Source: Chloroflexota bacterium
Lineage (GTDB): Bacteria > Chloroflexota > Dehalococcoidia > DSTF01 > RBG-16-68-14
Assembly (NCBI GenBank): GCA_003228685.1
Contig: QIFC01000096.1
Coordinates: forward strand, 49,309 to 113,308
Length of the DNA stretch: 64,000 bases
Direction: 5' to 3'
This document shows, piece after piece, positions 18,239 through 28,085 of this stretch. Below the pieces are notes generated by a model. It had not been told where the DNA came from. It saw only the letters and a program-made list of their open reading frames with translations, and made no database searches. The translations under genes were made by a program, and so were the position numbers. Position 1 is the stretch's first letter. Each line of letters starts with the position of its first letter.

Positions 18239-18415
18239 AGGCCACCATGCTACCGAACGCGCAGATGCGAGGGTAGGGTGCGGCGGCCGCGCTACTGGCG
18301 GTTCTGTTCGTAGGTGCGGCGCTGCCGGGTACCGGCGGGCTGCTGAATTCCGCGCGGTGCGGCGCTCTCTTGGGCTAGGGCGCCTCCCACCCTCTCCTAT
18401 CGTCTTCGGGCGAAA

Positions 18416-18880
18416 CTACAGTCCGAGCGACTCCCATCCGTTCAGGTAACCGTCTTCCCTAACTGCGAACGTCCGCATGGGATTGTCTTTGTGCCGTCGC
18501 CCGTTCCGTCCGGGGTTCGCCAACCATCCCGCGTATTCCTTCTTGACTTGGGCCGCGACGACCTTGCTTGGCACAACGTAGAAATCCGGCTGCTGACCAT
18601 CCTTCAGGTTGACGAACACGTAGAATAGGTTGTCGTCGAAGTATTCCTCCGCCTTTTTGGTGAGCAGCCACGCCTTACGCCGCCCTCGATTGGTCTTGAC
18701 CTGGATGCTCACTGACTTTGAAGCGTCGGCATTGGACGCCAGGATGTCGATGCCCTTTGTGTTCCGAAGGGTGATAGATGCGATGTAGCCCTGGCGCGAT
18801 AGCTCCGCCGCCACAAAGTATTCGCCGGACACGCCGGTCAGGATGCTCGAAATCGTGCGCTGCTGCGCCACTGAATCCAC
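18416..18880 (-). CDS. PD-(D/E)XK restriction-endonuclease-like protein
   Basis: SGEYFVAAELSR...GIDILA...IQVKT (E-D-QxK arrangement). Confidence 0.7.
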   Translation of the reverse strand: MDSVAQQRTISSILTGVSGEYFVAAELSRQGYIASITLRNTKGIDILASNADASKSVSIQVKTNRGRRKAWLLTKKAEEYFDDNLFYVFVNLKDGQQPDFYVVPSKVVAAQVKKEYAGWLANPGRNGRRHKDNPMRTFAVREDGYLNGWESLGL

Positions 18881-19032
18881 CTACCTTCCGTCTTATCTTC
18901 GACTCGCAGGGTCCTTCCCTGAAGTCAACACAGAAGCGCCTCGAAGGCCGACCCAGTGCGCTGGCGAGGGCAGCCGGTGCGCGGGATCGCGGCGCCTGGG
19001 CTGTGGCAAGCGTTGTCGACTCTGGGCTTTGT

Positions 19033-19722
19033 TTATTCCTCAGCTACTCGGCCATCATGCTCGAACGTCACGATGTACTTTTCCTTCGTTCGGCTTGCCC
19101 CAAGCAATAGGCTCAGTCCACCCGTCATGGCTGCGGGCGCAACCGTCCGACCGACGTTGATGTGACTGCCTGTGGTCGCAACGTTCTTGACAGTCCAGCC
19201 GAACGTGGACGCCGCCGCAACCTCGGTGTCCAACTTTGCGGGATCGTCATACCTTCCGATGTGCGCACCGACTCTTCCGCGCGGGGGATGCTTCCACCAT
19301 TGGTACGGTCCAAATGAGGCTCGTTCGCGTTTGCGTTCCAGTTCAAGCTCGCGTGCCCGTTCGCGAGCGCTTTCCAGGTCGCGAGCGCTTTCGAGGTCGA
19401 GTCCGCGTTCGCGTTCGAGTTCCATCACTTTCTCTTTCGCCTCTTCCACCCTTTGGTCTTTCGCCTCTTCCATCGCCTTGTTCCATGCTCGGACGAGTTC
19501 CGTTGGGCGTATCGCCAGCCACCAGGCCGCTTTCACTGGCCACCAGGCTGCCATCGCCAGCCATTTCGCGGATTGCCAAGCTGCCTTCAGCAGCCATTTA
19601 GCGGATCGCCAGGCTGTCACCGCCAGCCATTTAGCGGATCGCCAGGCTGTCACCGCCAGCCATCTCACGGATCGCCAGCCTGCTTCCGCCAGCCTGGTGA
19701 TCCAATGTCTCACTTTGTTCAT
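19033..19722 (-). CDS. Hypothetical protein with Trp-rich 11-aa repeats and a charged coiled coil
   Basis: Start moved to ATG 19722 (GAGGA upstream); repeats of the LAVTAWRSAKW type; ERARELELER coil. Confidence 0.6.
   Translation of the reverse strand: MNKVRHWITRLAEAGWRSVRWLAVTAWRSAKWLAVTAWRSAKWLLKAAWQSAKWLAMAAWWPVKAAWWLAIRPTELVRAWNKAMEEAKDQRVEEAKEKVMELERERGLDLESARDLESARERARELELERKRERASFGPYQWWKHPPRGRVGAHIGRYDDPAKLDTEVAAASTFGWTVKNVATTGSHINVGRTVAPAAMTGGLSLLLGASRTKEKYIVTFEHDGRVAEE
19558..19689. repeat. Intragenic 33-bp tandem repeat, 4 copies
   Basis: 19591-19623 and 19624-19656 identical (CAGCCATTTAGCGGATCGCCAGGCTGTCACCGC); flanking copies degenerate. Confidence 0.9.
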
Positions 19723-19995
19723 TTGGATACACTTCCTCAGTGGATTATCGGCAGCCGCTCGTAGAGAATTGAGCCGCCCCGTGCTGAAGCGGCTCATGCG
19801 CAGATTGGGCATCATTTGTGGAGTAATGCTGGCCACACAAGCGGAATCGTAGCTGTCAGCGGCAGCGGGGTAGTTTCAGACGATGCTGCACTTTGAAAGA
19901 CTTCGCCAGCGGCTAAGGTACGCTAAGGCTCCGAGCCGGAGACTGGCGGTTCTTGTCGCAGGTGGGGCCGCCGCGGCTTGGCGTCGGGCGTCCAG

Positions 19996-20796
19996 CTAGT
20001 AGCGGCCCGCGTTGCCGTCCTCGTGCGGCATCGGGCTCTGGTTCGAGGTGGCGGCGCCGCTCTTGGGCAGCAGGCCGAGCGTGAACAGCTCCCACAGGTC
20101 GTGGATCATGAAGTCGGCCTCCGGCTCCGGCGGCACCTCCTGCCGGCCGTTCAGCTTCCAGACGGTCGTCATGCCGAGCGCCTACGCGCCTACGATATCG
20201 ACGTCGAAAGCGTCACCGACAAACACACAGTCTGCGGCTCTCACATCGAGCAAGTCGAACGCGCGTTGGAACGGCTCGGGGCGTGGCTTGGGCCGCATCA
20301 GATCGGCGGAGAGCACGAACGCGTCGAAGAGGTCCGTAGGCAGGCCGATCGTGTGCAGCAGCCGTACGCGGATGTCGGCCGTGTAATAGCCATTCGAGAC
20401 GAGACCGACGGCAACCGGCATGTCTCGTAGCTTGTGGAGCGTGTCGAGCGTATCTGGGAAGAGCTGCCAGCCCCAGAGCGGCAGACCGACAGCCGATGCG
20501 TTCCAGAGCGCCTGCGCTTGTTCGGGGGTCGCATCGAAGCCGTGTTCGGCGAGGGCGCCGCGCGTGACGAACGGGCCGTCTACCTCCAGACCCCGCGCTC
20601 GCCGCTCATGCTGCGCTTCCTCCACGGCGCCGTAGAGTTCGTGTAGGAGCGTGAACGCGTCTAGCTCGGATCCCCATTGCCGCAGGAGCGGGGTCACGTG
20701 TTCCGCCATTGCGCCGTACAACGCGTCCTCATCCGGATCGTGAGCCTGGAAGATGAGCGTATCGCCGAAGTCGAACAGCACGGCGCGCACAGCCAT
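19996..20796 (-). pseudogene. HAD-superfamily hydrolase interrupted by an in-frame TAG at 20182-20184
   Basis: FDFGDTL...KPRP...VGDAFDVDIVGA*ALGMTTVWKLN...ADFMIHDLWEL continues in frame to TAG at 19996. Confidence 0.8.
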
Positions 20797-20880
20797 AACG
20801 GGATCGTATCGTATCTTCCTTGTTGGCCCTTTGGGCCAATGTTAGAATGGCCTTGGAGGTCAACAGCGGGGCAGATGGGC

Positions 20881-21312
20881 ATGGATAACGACTTTGGTCT
20901 GAACCACGAGGAGATCATCAGGACGATCGACTCGGCGGAAGTGCTGACGTTCAGGTTTGTCGTCGTGGGCGAACGGCTGCTCTTCGACACGCGCTCATCC
21001 GAGATCGATCCGCCGCTAGTGAAGCTCGTGCCGCGCGCAACAAGCGTGGAAGATCGCTTCCGGGCGCTGAAGCAGTTGCGCCCGCGGTTCAAGCTGCCCA
21101 AGAAGATCAGCGCCATCTGGTGGCCTAATTCGATTGAGAGCATGGTCAGCAACGGCATCTGGGGCGCCATCGTCGAGCGCATAGACCGTGCCGGATTCTC
21201 GCAGGCCGCTGAAGAGTGTGGCGGTGTGCTCGAGGAATTGCGCGCCTCGGAGCGAAAAGAGCTGCAGAACGCGCTGACCGGCGAAGGCTATCAGTCTCTC
21301 TGGGAGAGATAG
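20881..21312 (+). CDS. Hypothetical protein
   Basis: Coding-like ORF (MDNDFGLNHEEII...); start uncertain; divergent from the HAD gene and 7 bp before the next gene. Confidence 0.7.
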   Translation: MDNDFGLNHEEIIRTIDSAEVLTFRFVVVGERLLFDTRSSEIDPPLVKLVPRATSVEDRFRALKQLRPRFKLPKKISAIWWPNSIESMVSNGIWGAIVERIDRAGFSQAAEECGGVLEELRASERKELQNALTGEGYQSLWER

Positions 21313-21319
21313 CCTTTCA

Positions 21320-21688
21320 ATGCAGCGCGGGCGCTTTCTGAAACTCGTCCGGCGGGCCTTGGTGGACCTTCCCGAACCGTTCGCAAATGTTCTAGATAAC
21401 GTCGACATCCTCGTCGAAAAACGGCCCAACAAGCATCATCGGCAGAGCGTGGGTCTCGAGCCGGGAGAGACGCTCTTTGGGTTGTATGAAGGTGTGCCGC
21501 AAACAGAGCGCGACAGCGGCTACGGCATGGTCCTGCCCGACACGATCACGATTTTCCAAGAACCCCTGGAACGCGAGTTTCACGACGACGCGGAGCTGGT
21601 CGAAGAAGTGCGCATCACCGTGCTCCACGAACTGGCGCATCACTTCGGGATGTCGGACGCGGAACTAGAGCGGCTAGGCCTCGACTGA
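21320..21688 (+). CDS. Zincin-like minimal metallopeptidase (DUF1025-type)
   Basis: LFGLYEGVP, PDTITIFQ, TVLHELAHHFG. Confidence 0.9.
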   Translation: MQRGRFLKLVRRALVDLPEPFANVLDNVDILVEKRPNKHHRQSVGLEPGETLFGLYEGVPQTERDSGYGMVLPDTITIFQEPLEREFHDDAELVEEVRITVLHELAHHFGMSDAELERLGLD

Positions 21689-21730
21689 GCCTACGTACAG
21701 AGACGCTCTCTTCAGGTCGATACTATACGC

Positions 21731-21952
21731 ATGACTGCCAATGTCAGCCTCATCTGGGAAGACGTGCGTTACGCAGCCGGGCTGCTGAGTGCGTTGGTTC
21801 GCGGCGAGCGCGCTCAGACGCTGGCGGAGTACAGTCTGCTGCTCACGCTGGTGGGCGTCGGCGTCGTCGTGCCGACGATGCTACTGTTTCGTACGGCGCT
21901 GGCCGGCGCGTTCTCAAGCGCAACAGATTGCATGACGAGAGTGACCTGCTAA
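21731..21952 (+). CDS. Flp/Fap type IVb pilin-like protein
   Basis: ERAQTLAEY followed by a hydrophobic helix; 73 aa. Confidence 0.7.
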   Translation: MTANVSLIWEDVRYAAGLLSALVRGERAQTLAEYSLLLTLVGVGVVVPTMLLFRTALAGAFSSATDCMTRVTC

Positions 21953-23433
21953 GGTCGCGTCAGGAACTGGCCTGACGGCGTCTTGCTCACCTCGCCGTTC
22001 TCCACCACCACCTGCCCGTTGACGATCACGTGCGAGATGCCGGACGGATATTGGCGCGGCTCGTCGTAGGTGGACTTCTCCGTGATTGTAGACGCGTCGA
22101 AGATGACGATGTCAGCCCAAGCGCCCTCACGTATCTCACCTCGGTCGGCCAACATGAACGTCTCGGCCGGCAATTGCGTCATCTTGCGGACGCCTTCTTC
22201 CAACGAAAAGAGCTTCTCGTTGCGCACGTAGCGCTCCAACACGCGCGGGAACGTGCCGTACAGCCTTGGATGGGGCTTGCCCGACGGCGACGGGATACCA
22301 TCCGAGCCGATCATGCACTGGGGATGCTTGAGCACACGCTGGACGTCGCCTTCGTCCATGATGAACATCACCGCGACAACGGCTTGGTCCTCGTCTCTGA
22401 GGAGCTTGGGGACGGCGTCTTCGACGGGCAGGTCCATGATGTCCGCGATCTCATCCAGCCGCTTGCCCTCGTACTCGTGCTGATACTTCACGGACGCGAC
22501 CATCACGTCGTGTGGGTCCATCGCCCGGATGAGGCGTCCGTTGCGTGTGAGGGCGGCCAGCGCTGTGCTAGCCGCCGTATAGGGGTACGCGTCCATTGTG
22601 ACTTGTACGCCGCGCGCTCGCGCTTCGTCAATCAGAGCGAGCGACTCTTTCGTGAGGCCCCAGTTATCGTGGCCGCTGGCCTTGTGGTGCGAGATCTGCA
22701 CGGCCGTGCCGGCCTCCTCGCCGATGCGGATCGCCTCTTGCACGGAGTCGAGTAGGCCATTCCCCTCATTGCGGATGTGGCTGACATACAGGCCGCAGCA
22801 CTCTGCCACCACGCGATTGAGTTCGATCAGTTCTTCCGTCTTCGCGAAGGCGCCTGGCACGTACATCAGGCCCGTCGATAGGCCCAGGGCGCCGGCCGCC
22901 ATGCCCTCAGCGAGATGTTCCTTCATCTTGCCAAGTTCAGCGTCCGTTGGGGCGCGGTGCTCCCAGCCCATAGTGCTGACGCGGAGCGTTCCGTGGGGCA
23001 CCAGGAACGCCGCGTTCGGTACCGGCTTTGCTCCACGCACGGCGTCGTAGAACTCGCCAATCGTGCTCCACGAGAAGTTCTCCACGGGCCCGAGAACGCC
23101 CTCGATGCCGCGCGCGAAAAACTCCTGTACGTGTTCGTTCGCGGGGGCGGCACCCAGGCCGCAGTTGCCGCACACGACCGTCGTGACGCCCTGCGCCGTC
23201 TTGAAATCGAGGGAAGGCGTGTTGAGCAGGGCAATGTCGTCGTGGCAATGGACATCGATGAACCCCGGCGCGACCGACCAGTCCCTGGCGTCGATCTCCT
23301 GGTCCGCATCGCCCCTGACTTCGCCGAGCACAACGATACGGCCGTCCTTGACGGCTAGGTCGGCAGCTCTGGCCGGTGCGCCCGTACCGTCGATGACGCT
23401 TCCATTGCGGATGAGTAGGTCAAATTGAGCCAT
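21949..23433 (-). CDS. N-acyl-D-amino-acid deacylase (amidohydrolase)
   Basis: APGFIDVHCHDD, GVTTVVCGNCG, SHIRNE, HPRLYGTFPR. Confidence 0.92.
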   Translation of the reverse strand: MAQFDLLIRNGSVIDGTGAPARAADLAVKDGRIVVLGEVRGDADQEIDARDWSVAPGFIDVHCHDDIALLNTPSLDFKTAQGVTTVVCGNCGLGAAPANEHVQEFFARGIEGVLGPVENFSWSTIGEFYDAVRGAKPVPNAAFLVPHGTLRVSTMGWEHRAPTDAELGKMKEHLAEGMAAGALGLSTGLMYVPGAFAKTEELIELNRVVAECCGLYVSHIRNEGNGLLDSVQEAIRIGEEAGTAVQISHHKASGHDNWGLTKESLALIDEARARGVQVTMDAYPYTAASTALAALTRNGRLIRAMDPHDVMVASVKYQHEYEGKRLDEIADIMDLPVEDAVPKLLRDEDQAVVAVMFIMDEGDVQRVLKHPQCMIGSDGIPSPSGKPHPRLYGTFPRVLERYVRNEKLFSLEEGVRKMTQLPAETFMLADRGEIREGAWADIVIFDASTITEKSTYDEPRQYPSGISHVIVNGQVVVENGEVSKTPSGQFLTRP

Positions 23434-23519
23434 GGCGCGGCAAGCCTACCGCAGGTCACATGAGCGGAGCAACAGGGCTGGGCGTCTGGCGTGGCTGTAC
23501 GCCGGGTGGCCTAGGCTTT

Positions 23520-23570
23520 GGCTGCCCGGCCTCGAATTAGGCTGCCCGGCCTCGCATTAGGCCGCCCGGC
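23520..23570. repeat. 20-bp tandem repeat (~2.5 copies) over the HD-GYP stop codon
   Basis: GGCTGCCCGGCCTCGAATTA / GGCTGCCCGGCCTCGCATTA / GGCCGCCCGGC. Confidence 0.75.
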
Positions 23571-25290
23571 TCTTGCCGGGGTAGGCGGCCGGACTGGCGA
23601 CCTGGCTCGCGAGAATCTGGCCGATGGCGCCCTCGTCGCTAAGCGCGCAAAATGCTTCGACGACCTGCGGAGAGAACTGCCTGCCGCGATGCGCCTCGAT
23701 CTCATGCAGGGCCTGTTCCGCGGGCCAGGCCTGCTTGTAGGGCCGCGTCGATGTGAGAGCGTCGAACACGTCCGCGACTGTCACGATCTGCACCGCAAGC
23801 GGGATCTCGTCGCCGGAGATGCCGTCGGGGTAGCCGCTGCCGTCCCATCGTTCGTGGTGCCAACGCGCAATCTCCAGAGCGACCTGCGGGATGTCGGAGT
23901 GAATGAGAATCTCTTCGCCGTAGAGCGGGTGCTGCCGGATGATGGCCCACTCTTGTTCGTCGAGTTTGGCGGGCTTCAGGAGGATCGCGTCCGGCACGCG
24001 GAGCTTGCCGACGTCGTGGAGGATCGCACCGAAACGCAGCGCTTCCGCATCGTCCGGCGGCAGGGCTAACTTCCCGGCCAGCGCGCTCGTGTACGCTTCG
24101 ATGTTCTTGAGGTGGTGGCCCGTGAACGGGTCTCGCGCTTCCGCCGCGTAGGCAAGCGTGTGCAGCGTCGCGTGGTGGCTCGTCGTCAGTCTGGTGTGCG
24201 ATTCCTGCAACTCATCGAACAGCCGCACGCTTTTCAGAATTGCGGCGATGTGGCTGGCTAATGCTGTGAACACCCGCAGGTGCTCCCACGTCTCGGTCTC
24301 GCCGAACGAGCTGCAGACTCGCAGCGTCCCTAGGTACTCATCGCCGTACCTCAGCGGGACCTGCACGAGGAAGAGGATGTTGTTCTGAAGAATCCAGCGC
24401 CTGCTGGGCTCTTCCATCGTTGAGAGCTGGGCGGGGTTGGCGAACACAATTGGGCCGTGGCGCCCTTCGAAAAAGAGAGACGTCTCGTTCAGGTACTCAT
24501 CCGTCGCGAAGTGTTGGGCTGACCAGTCCCCGTACTCTTCAGAGTAGGCCGACTCATGAAACGCGACGGCGGCAGCGTTGGCGGCATGTTCGGTCTTGGC
24601 TCCCCGGACGGCCAGGCCGATAGATGCGAAGCCGGTCGCCTCCCGGGCGCGCGTGACAACGGCTTGCAGGCGCTCCGCGAATGGGCGCTGCTGGGTGAGA
24701 ATGCTGCTCAACTCTTCGAGGAGGTGCAGTTCGTCGGCGTCGCTAAGGGCCCAGGCGCGGCCAACCGTCTGCTGCAGCGCGAGCGATGCGAGCTGGCTGA
24801 TCGCTCGTATCAATTCCTTGCTGGGCGGATTGCTGCCGTGCTCCGGCGAACCGAACATCCAGAGCAGCCCCACGGTCTCGTCGTCTTGGTAGAGTTCGAT
24901 GGCCGTAGACCACGTGTCCTCATGTAGCAACTCAAACACCTGAAGGGGCAGCTTCTCGCTGCCGTTCCACTCCGCCATCGACAGCGATTCGCCCCCGGTC
25001 CCCATCTGGCGTACGGTCTCGACGCCAACCGTCTTTTCGGTATAGGCCTGGATGAAGGCGTCGCGCAGCGGGTCGGTGCGGAAACAGACCGCAATCGAGC
25101 CGTCTTCCTCGCCGCGAGTAGGGAAGATGCCGCAGGCGTCCAGCTTGAGTGTTGTTCCTACCGCGTCGATGATCTGCTGCGGGGTTGGGTTCGTGCCTGC
25201 GGACTTGTTGAGAGCCAACAGCAAGCGGCCGCTGGCCTGGACATTCCAGCGCTGATTGCCGTTATTTCGTGATCGTTTGGTTCTACGCAT
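23557..25290 (-). CDS. GAF + HD-GYP cyclic dinucleotide phosphodiesterase
   Basis: EARDPFT..H, LHDVGK, HHERWDGSGYP, ADVFDAL..RPYK; GAF-like N-terminal region (VPLRYGDEYLGTL). Confidence 0.92.
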   Translation of the reverse strand: MRRTKRSRNNGNQRWNVQASGRLLLALNKSAGTNPTPQQIIDAVGTTLKLDACGIFPTRGEEDGSIAVCFRTDPLRDAFIQAYTEKTVGVETVRQMGTGGESLSMAEWNGSEKLPLQVFELLHEDTWSTAIELYQDDETVGLLWMFGSPEHGSNPPSKELIRAISQLASLALQQTVGRAWALSDADELHLLEELSSILTQQRPFAERLQAVVTRAREATGFASIGLAVRGAKTEHAANAAAVAFHESAYSEEYGDWSAQHFATDEYLNETSLFFEGRHGPIVFANPAQLSTMEEPSRRWILQNNILFLVQVPLRYGDEYLGTLRVCSSFGETETWEHLRVFTALASHIAAILKSVRLFDELQESHTRLTTSHHATLHTLAYAAEARDPFTGHHLKNIEAYTSALAGKLALPPDDAEALRFGAILHDVGKLRVPDAILLKPAKLDEQEWAIIRQHPLYGEEILIHSDIPQVALEIARWHHERWDGSGYPDGISGDEIPLAVQIVTVADVFDALTSTRPYKQAWPAEQALHEIEAHRGRQFSPQVVEAFCALSDEGAIGQILASQVASPAAYPGKSRAA

Positions 25291-25441
25291 ATAGTGGAAT
25301 CCCCTAGGGAGTATCGGTATTGCCGGCCGGCCACTTGAACGTAGAAATTGATAAAGGTGTCAGTGTTGCTAGCGGGTGCTGTGAACTACGCTGGAAGGCG
25401 GCTACAATCGAATCAGCACTCTTGCGTGTGGGAGGTGTAGG

Positions 25442-26797
25442 ATGCGGAACAAGATTTTCCTATTCGTGCTGGCGTCCGTCCTGGCGTTCATCGGAACGGC
25501 CTGCGGCGGAGATGCTGATTCGCCGCCGGCGAGAACGACAGCGGACGGGCCGATCAACGTCACGATGTGGCATTCCATGCCTGATCCCGCGGGTGGTTCG
25601 CTCCAGCGGATCGTGGACGACTTCAACGCGTCCCAGGAGTTGTACAGGGTGGAACTCCTCTTCCAGGGTGGCTACACAGATTCACTCAATAAGCTGATCA
25701 ACTCAATCGGGACGCCCAACGTCCCCAACATCATCCAGCTCAGCGACGCTTCCACCCAGATCATGGTTGATAGCGGAGCGATCACGCCGATCCAAGGGTT
25801 TATCGACGAGGAGAGCTACGACCTCTCCGACTTCGAACCAAAGGCGCTCGCGTTTTACACGATTGATGACGTGCTCTACTCCATGCCGTTCAACATGTCC
25901 GGACCAATCCTCTACTACGACAGGGCCGCCTTCGAAGAAGCGGGCCTCGATCCGGACGATCCACCGTCAACGTTGGAGGAGGTGCGCCAGTACTCAGAAC
26001 AGCTCGCCCAGCAGGCAGGGGAAGGCGAAACGCAATATGGCATCTCGCTCGAGACCAGCGCCTGGTACTTCGAGCAGATGCTGGCCATAGGCGGCGCGCC
26101 CTTCGCGAACGGTGAGAACGGTCGGAACGAACGCGTCACTGAGGTGGTCTTTGACAACGAAACCGGCGTTGAGATCATCACATGGTGGGATGACATGGTT
26201 GAGGATGGGCTCGCGTATGACGCGGTCGACGCGATCGATTCGATGCTGAAGCTGGCCATAGGCGAAGCCGCGATGACGATCTCTTCCACGGCCGCGTTGC
26301 GGGCGGCTATCGCGGCCATCACCCTCGTCGGCCGCGATCCGTTCCAGTACGACACGGCACCCATGCCCGGCCCCGCGGGGGACGGTGGCATCGCGTTGGG
26401 CGGCGCGTCATTCTGGATTCTCAATGAGCGTGACGAGGAGGAGCAGCGGGGAGCGTGGGAGTTTCTGAAGTACGCCGCAAGCCCCGAGCAGCAAGCACAG
26501 TGGCACTCCGATACGGGCTATTTCCCGAACCGCGTCTCCGCCTATGCCGAGCCTCCCGCGGTTCGGGCACGCGAGGAGTTTCCGCAGTTCATGACGGCCA
26601 TAGAACAGCTACGCGCGTCGCCGGATACGACGGCGACTTCCGGCATACTCCTCGGGCCGCTGAACGCCGTGCGCGCCCGCGTCGTCGAGGCGTTCGACCA
26701 GGTGTTGGCCGGCGGCGGCGACCCGGCGACAGAGCTGAAAGCCGCTGTGGAAGACGCGAATGAGATTATCGAGGAGTACAACCGGACCGCGCCATAA
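25442..26797 (+). CDS. ABC transporter substrate-binding lipoprotein (UgpB/sugar family)
   Basis: Lipobox GTAC, MWHSM, YSMPFN, AWEFLKY, WHSDTGYFP. Confidence 0.9.
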   Translation: MRNKIFLFVLASVLAFIGTACGGDADSPPARTTADGPINVTMWHSMPDPAGGSLQRIVDDFNASQELYRVELLFQGGYTDSLNKLINSIGTPNVPNIIQLSDASTQIMVDSGAITPIQGFIDEESYDLSDFEPKALAFYTIDDVLYSMPFNMSGPILYYDRAAFEEAGLDPDDPPSTLEEVRQYSEQLAQQAGEGETQYGISLETSAWYFEQMLAIGGAPFANGENGRNERVTEVVFDNETGVEIITWWDDMVEDGLAYDAVDAIDSMLKLAIGEAAMTISSTAALRAAIAAITLVGRDPFQYDTAPMPGPAGDGGIALGGASFWILNERDEEEQRGAWEFLKYAASPEQQAQWHSDTGYFPNRVSAYAEPPAVRAREEFPQFMTAIEQLRASPDTTATSGILLGPLNAVRARVVEAFDQVLAGGGDPATELKAAVEDANEIIEEYNRTAP

Positions 26798-26809
26798 AAC
26801 CCTTCCGGA

Positions 26810-26839
26810 TTGACGCCCCAGTTTCGACGCCGATATAAT
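26810..26839 (+). promoter_or_regulatory. Sigma70-type promoter for the thiolase gene
   Basis: TTGACG-N18-TATAAT upstream of ATG 26888. Confidence 0.65.
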
Positions 26840-26887
26840 TGCAACCCCGGCTATCGAACGGCTACTAGCTAGAGAAAGGTAGAACCC

Positions 26888-28066
26888 ATGGAAGAGGTCG
26901 TACTCGTCAGCGGCTGTCGAACCGCTATCGGAAAGCTCAGCGGTTCCTTTGAGAATATGCCCGCGTCCGATCTGGCAGCGGCCGTGATCAAGGAGTCGGT
27001 CTCCCGCGCTGGGATTGAGCCGGACCAGGTGGACCAAGTCATCTTGGGTTGCGTCGGACAGGTGATGGAGGATGGCTACATTGCCCGGCACGCCTCGGTG
27101 AAGGCTGGCATGCCGATCGAGGTGCCCGCGTACACCGTGAACCGCATCTGTGGCAGCGGGCTGGAAGCCATCAACACAGCCGCACGCTGGATTCAGACTG
27201 GAGACGCTGATGTGATCGTGGCTGGTGGCGCGGAGAACATGACGATGATGCCGTACTACCTTCGCAAAGCGCGCTCCGGTTACCGTCTGGGCCACGGCGA
27301 GCTGGAGGATGGCGTCATTCATCTACTCTCCGATCCGTTCAGCAAGGACCACATGGGAATCACGGCCGAGAACCTGGCCGACAAGTTCGAAATCGGCCGC
27401 GAGGAGCAGGACGAAGTCGCGGCTCGCAGCCAAGAACGAGCCGTAGCCGCGATCGAGGCAGGCAAGTTCAAGGACGAGATCGTGCCGCTCGAAGTCAAAG
27501 CCGGCCGAGAGACGAAGACGTTCGACACGGACGAGCACCCGCGCGCCAGTTCCAATAAGGAGGCGCTTGCGAAGCTGCGGCCGGCGTTTAAGAAGGACGG
27601 CAAGGTCACGGCAGGCAACGCGAGCGGGATCAACGATGGCGCCGCCGCCGTAGTTGTGATGAGCGGGTCGAAGGCCGGCGAGCTGGGCATCAAGCCCAAG
27701 CTGCGCATGGTGGCGCGAGCCGAGGCGGGCGTGGAGCCCTCGGTGATGGGCATGGGTCCCATTCCCGCGGTGCGGAAGGTGATGGACAAGGCAGGCATGG
27801 CCGTCGACCAGATGGACGTGATCGAACTGAACGAGGCTTTCGCGTCCGTGGCCGCCGCCTGCAGCAACGTGCTCGAGTTGGACCCGGAGAAGACGAACCC
27901 TAACGGCGGCGCAATCGCGCTCGGCCATCCGGTTGGCGCGAGCGGCGCGATTCTGACCGTGAAGCTGATGTACGAACTGGAACGCTCGCGGGGCAAGTTC
28001 GGGCTCGTGACTCTTTGCATCGGCGGTGGGCAGGGCATCGCGACGATCTTCGAGCGTGTAAGCTAA
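26888..28066 (+). CDS. Acetyl-CoA C-acetyltransferase (thiolase)
   Basis: NRICGSG, NEAFA, GGAIALGHPVGASG, LCIGGGQG. Confidence 0.96.
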   Translation: MEEVVLVSGCRTAIGKLSGSFENMPASDLAAAVIKESVSRAGIEPDQVDQVILGCVGQVMEDGYIARHASVKAGMPIEVPAYTVNRICGSGLEAINTAARWIQTGDADVIVAGGAENMTMMPYYLRKARSGYRLGHGELEDGVIHLLSDPFSKDHMGITAENLADKFEIGREEQDEVAARSQERAVAAIEAGKFKDEIVPLEVKAGRETKTFDTDEHPRASSNKEALAKLRPAFKKDGKVTAGNASGINDGAAAVVVMSGSKAGELGIKPKLRMVARAEAGVEPSVMGMGPIPAVRKVMDKAGMAVDQMDVIELNEAFASVAAACSNVLELDPEKTNPNGGAIALGHPVGASGAILTVKLMYELERSRGKFGLVTLCIGGGQGIATIFERVS

Positions 28067-28085
28067 GCGCGCGAAAGTCAGATCG

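Noticed and set aside
20182..20184. Genome-wide TAG reassignment
   Set aside because: Many conserved genes in the window (recG, rpe, lipA, pdhA, pdhB) end at TAG at their expected lengths
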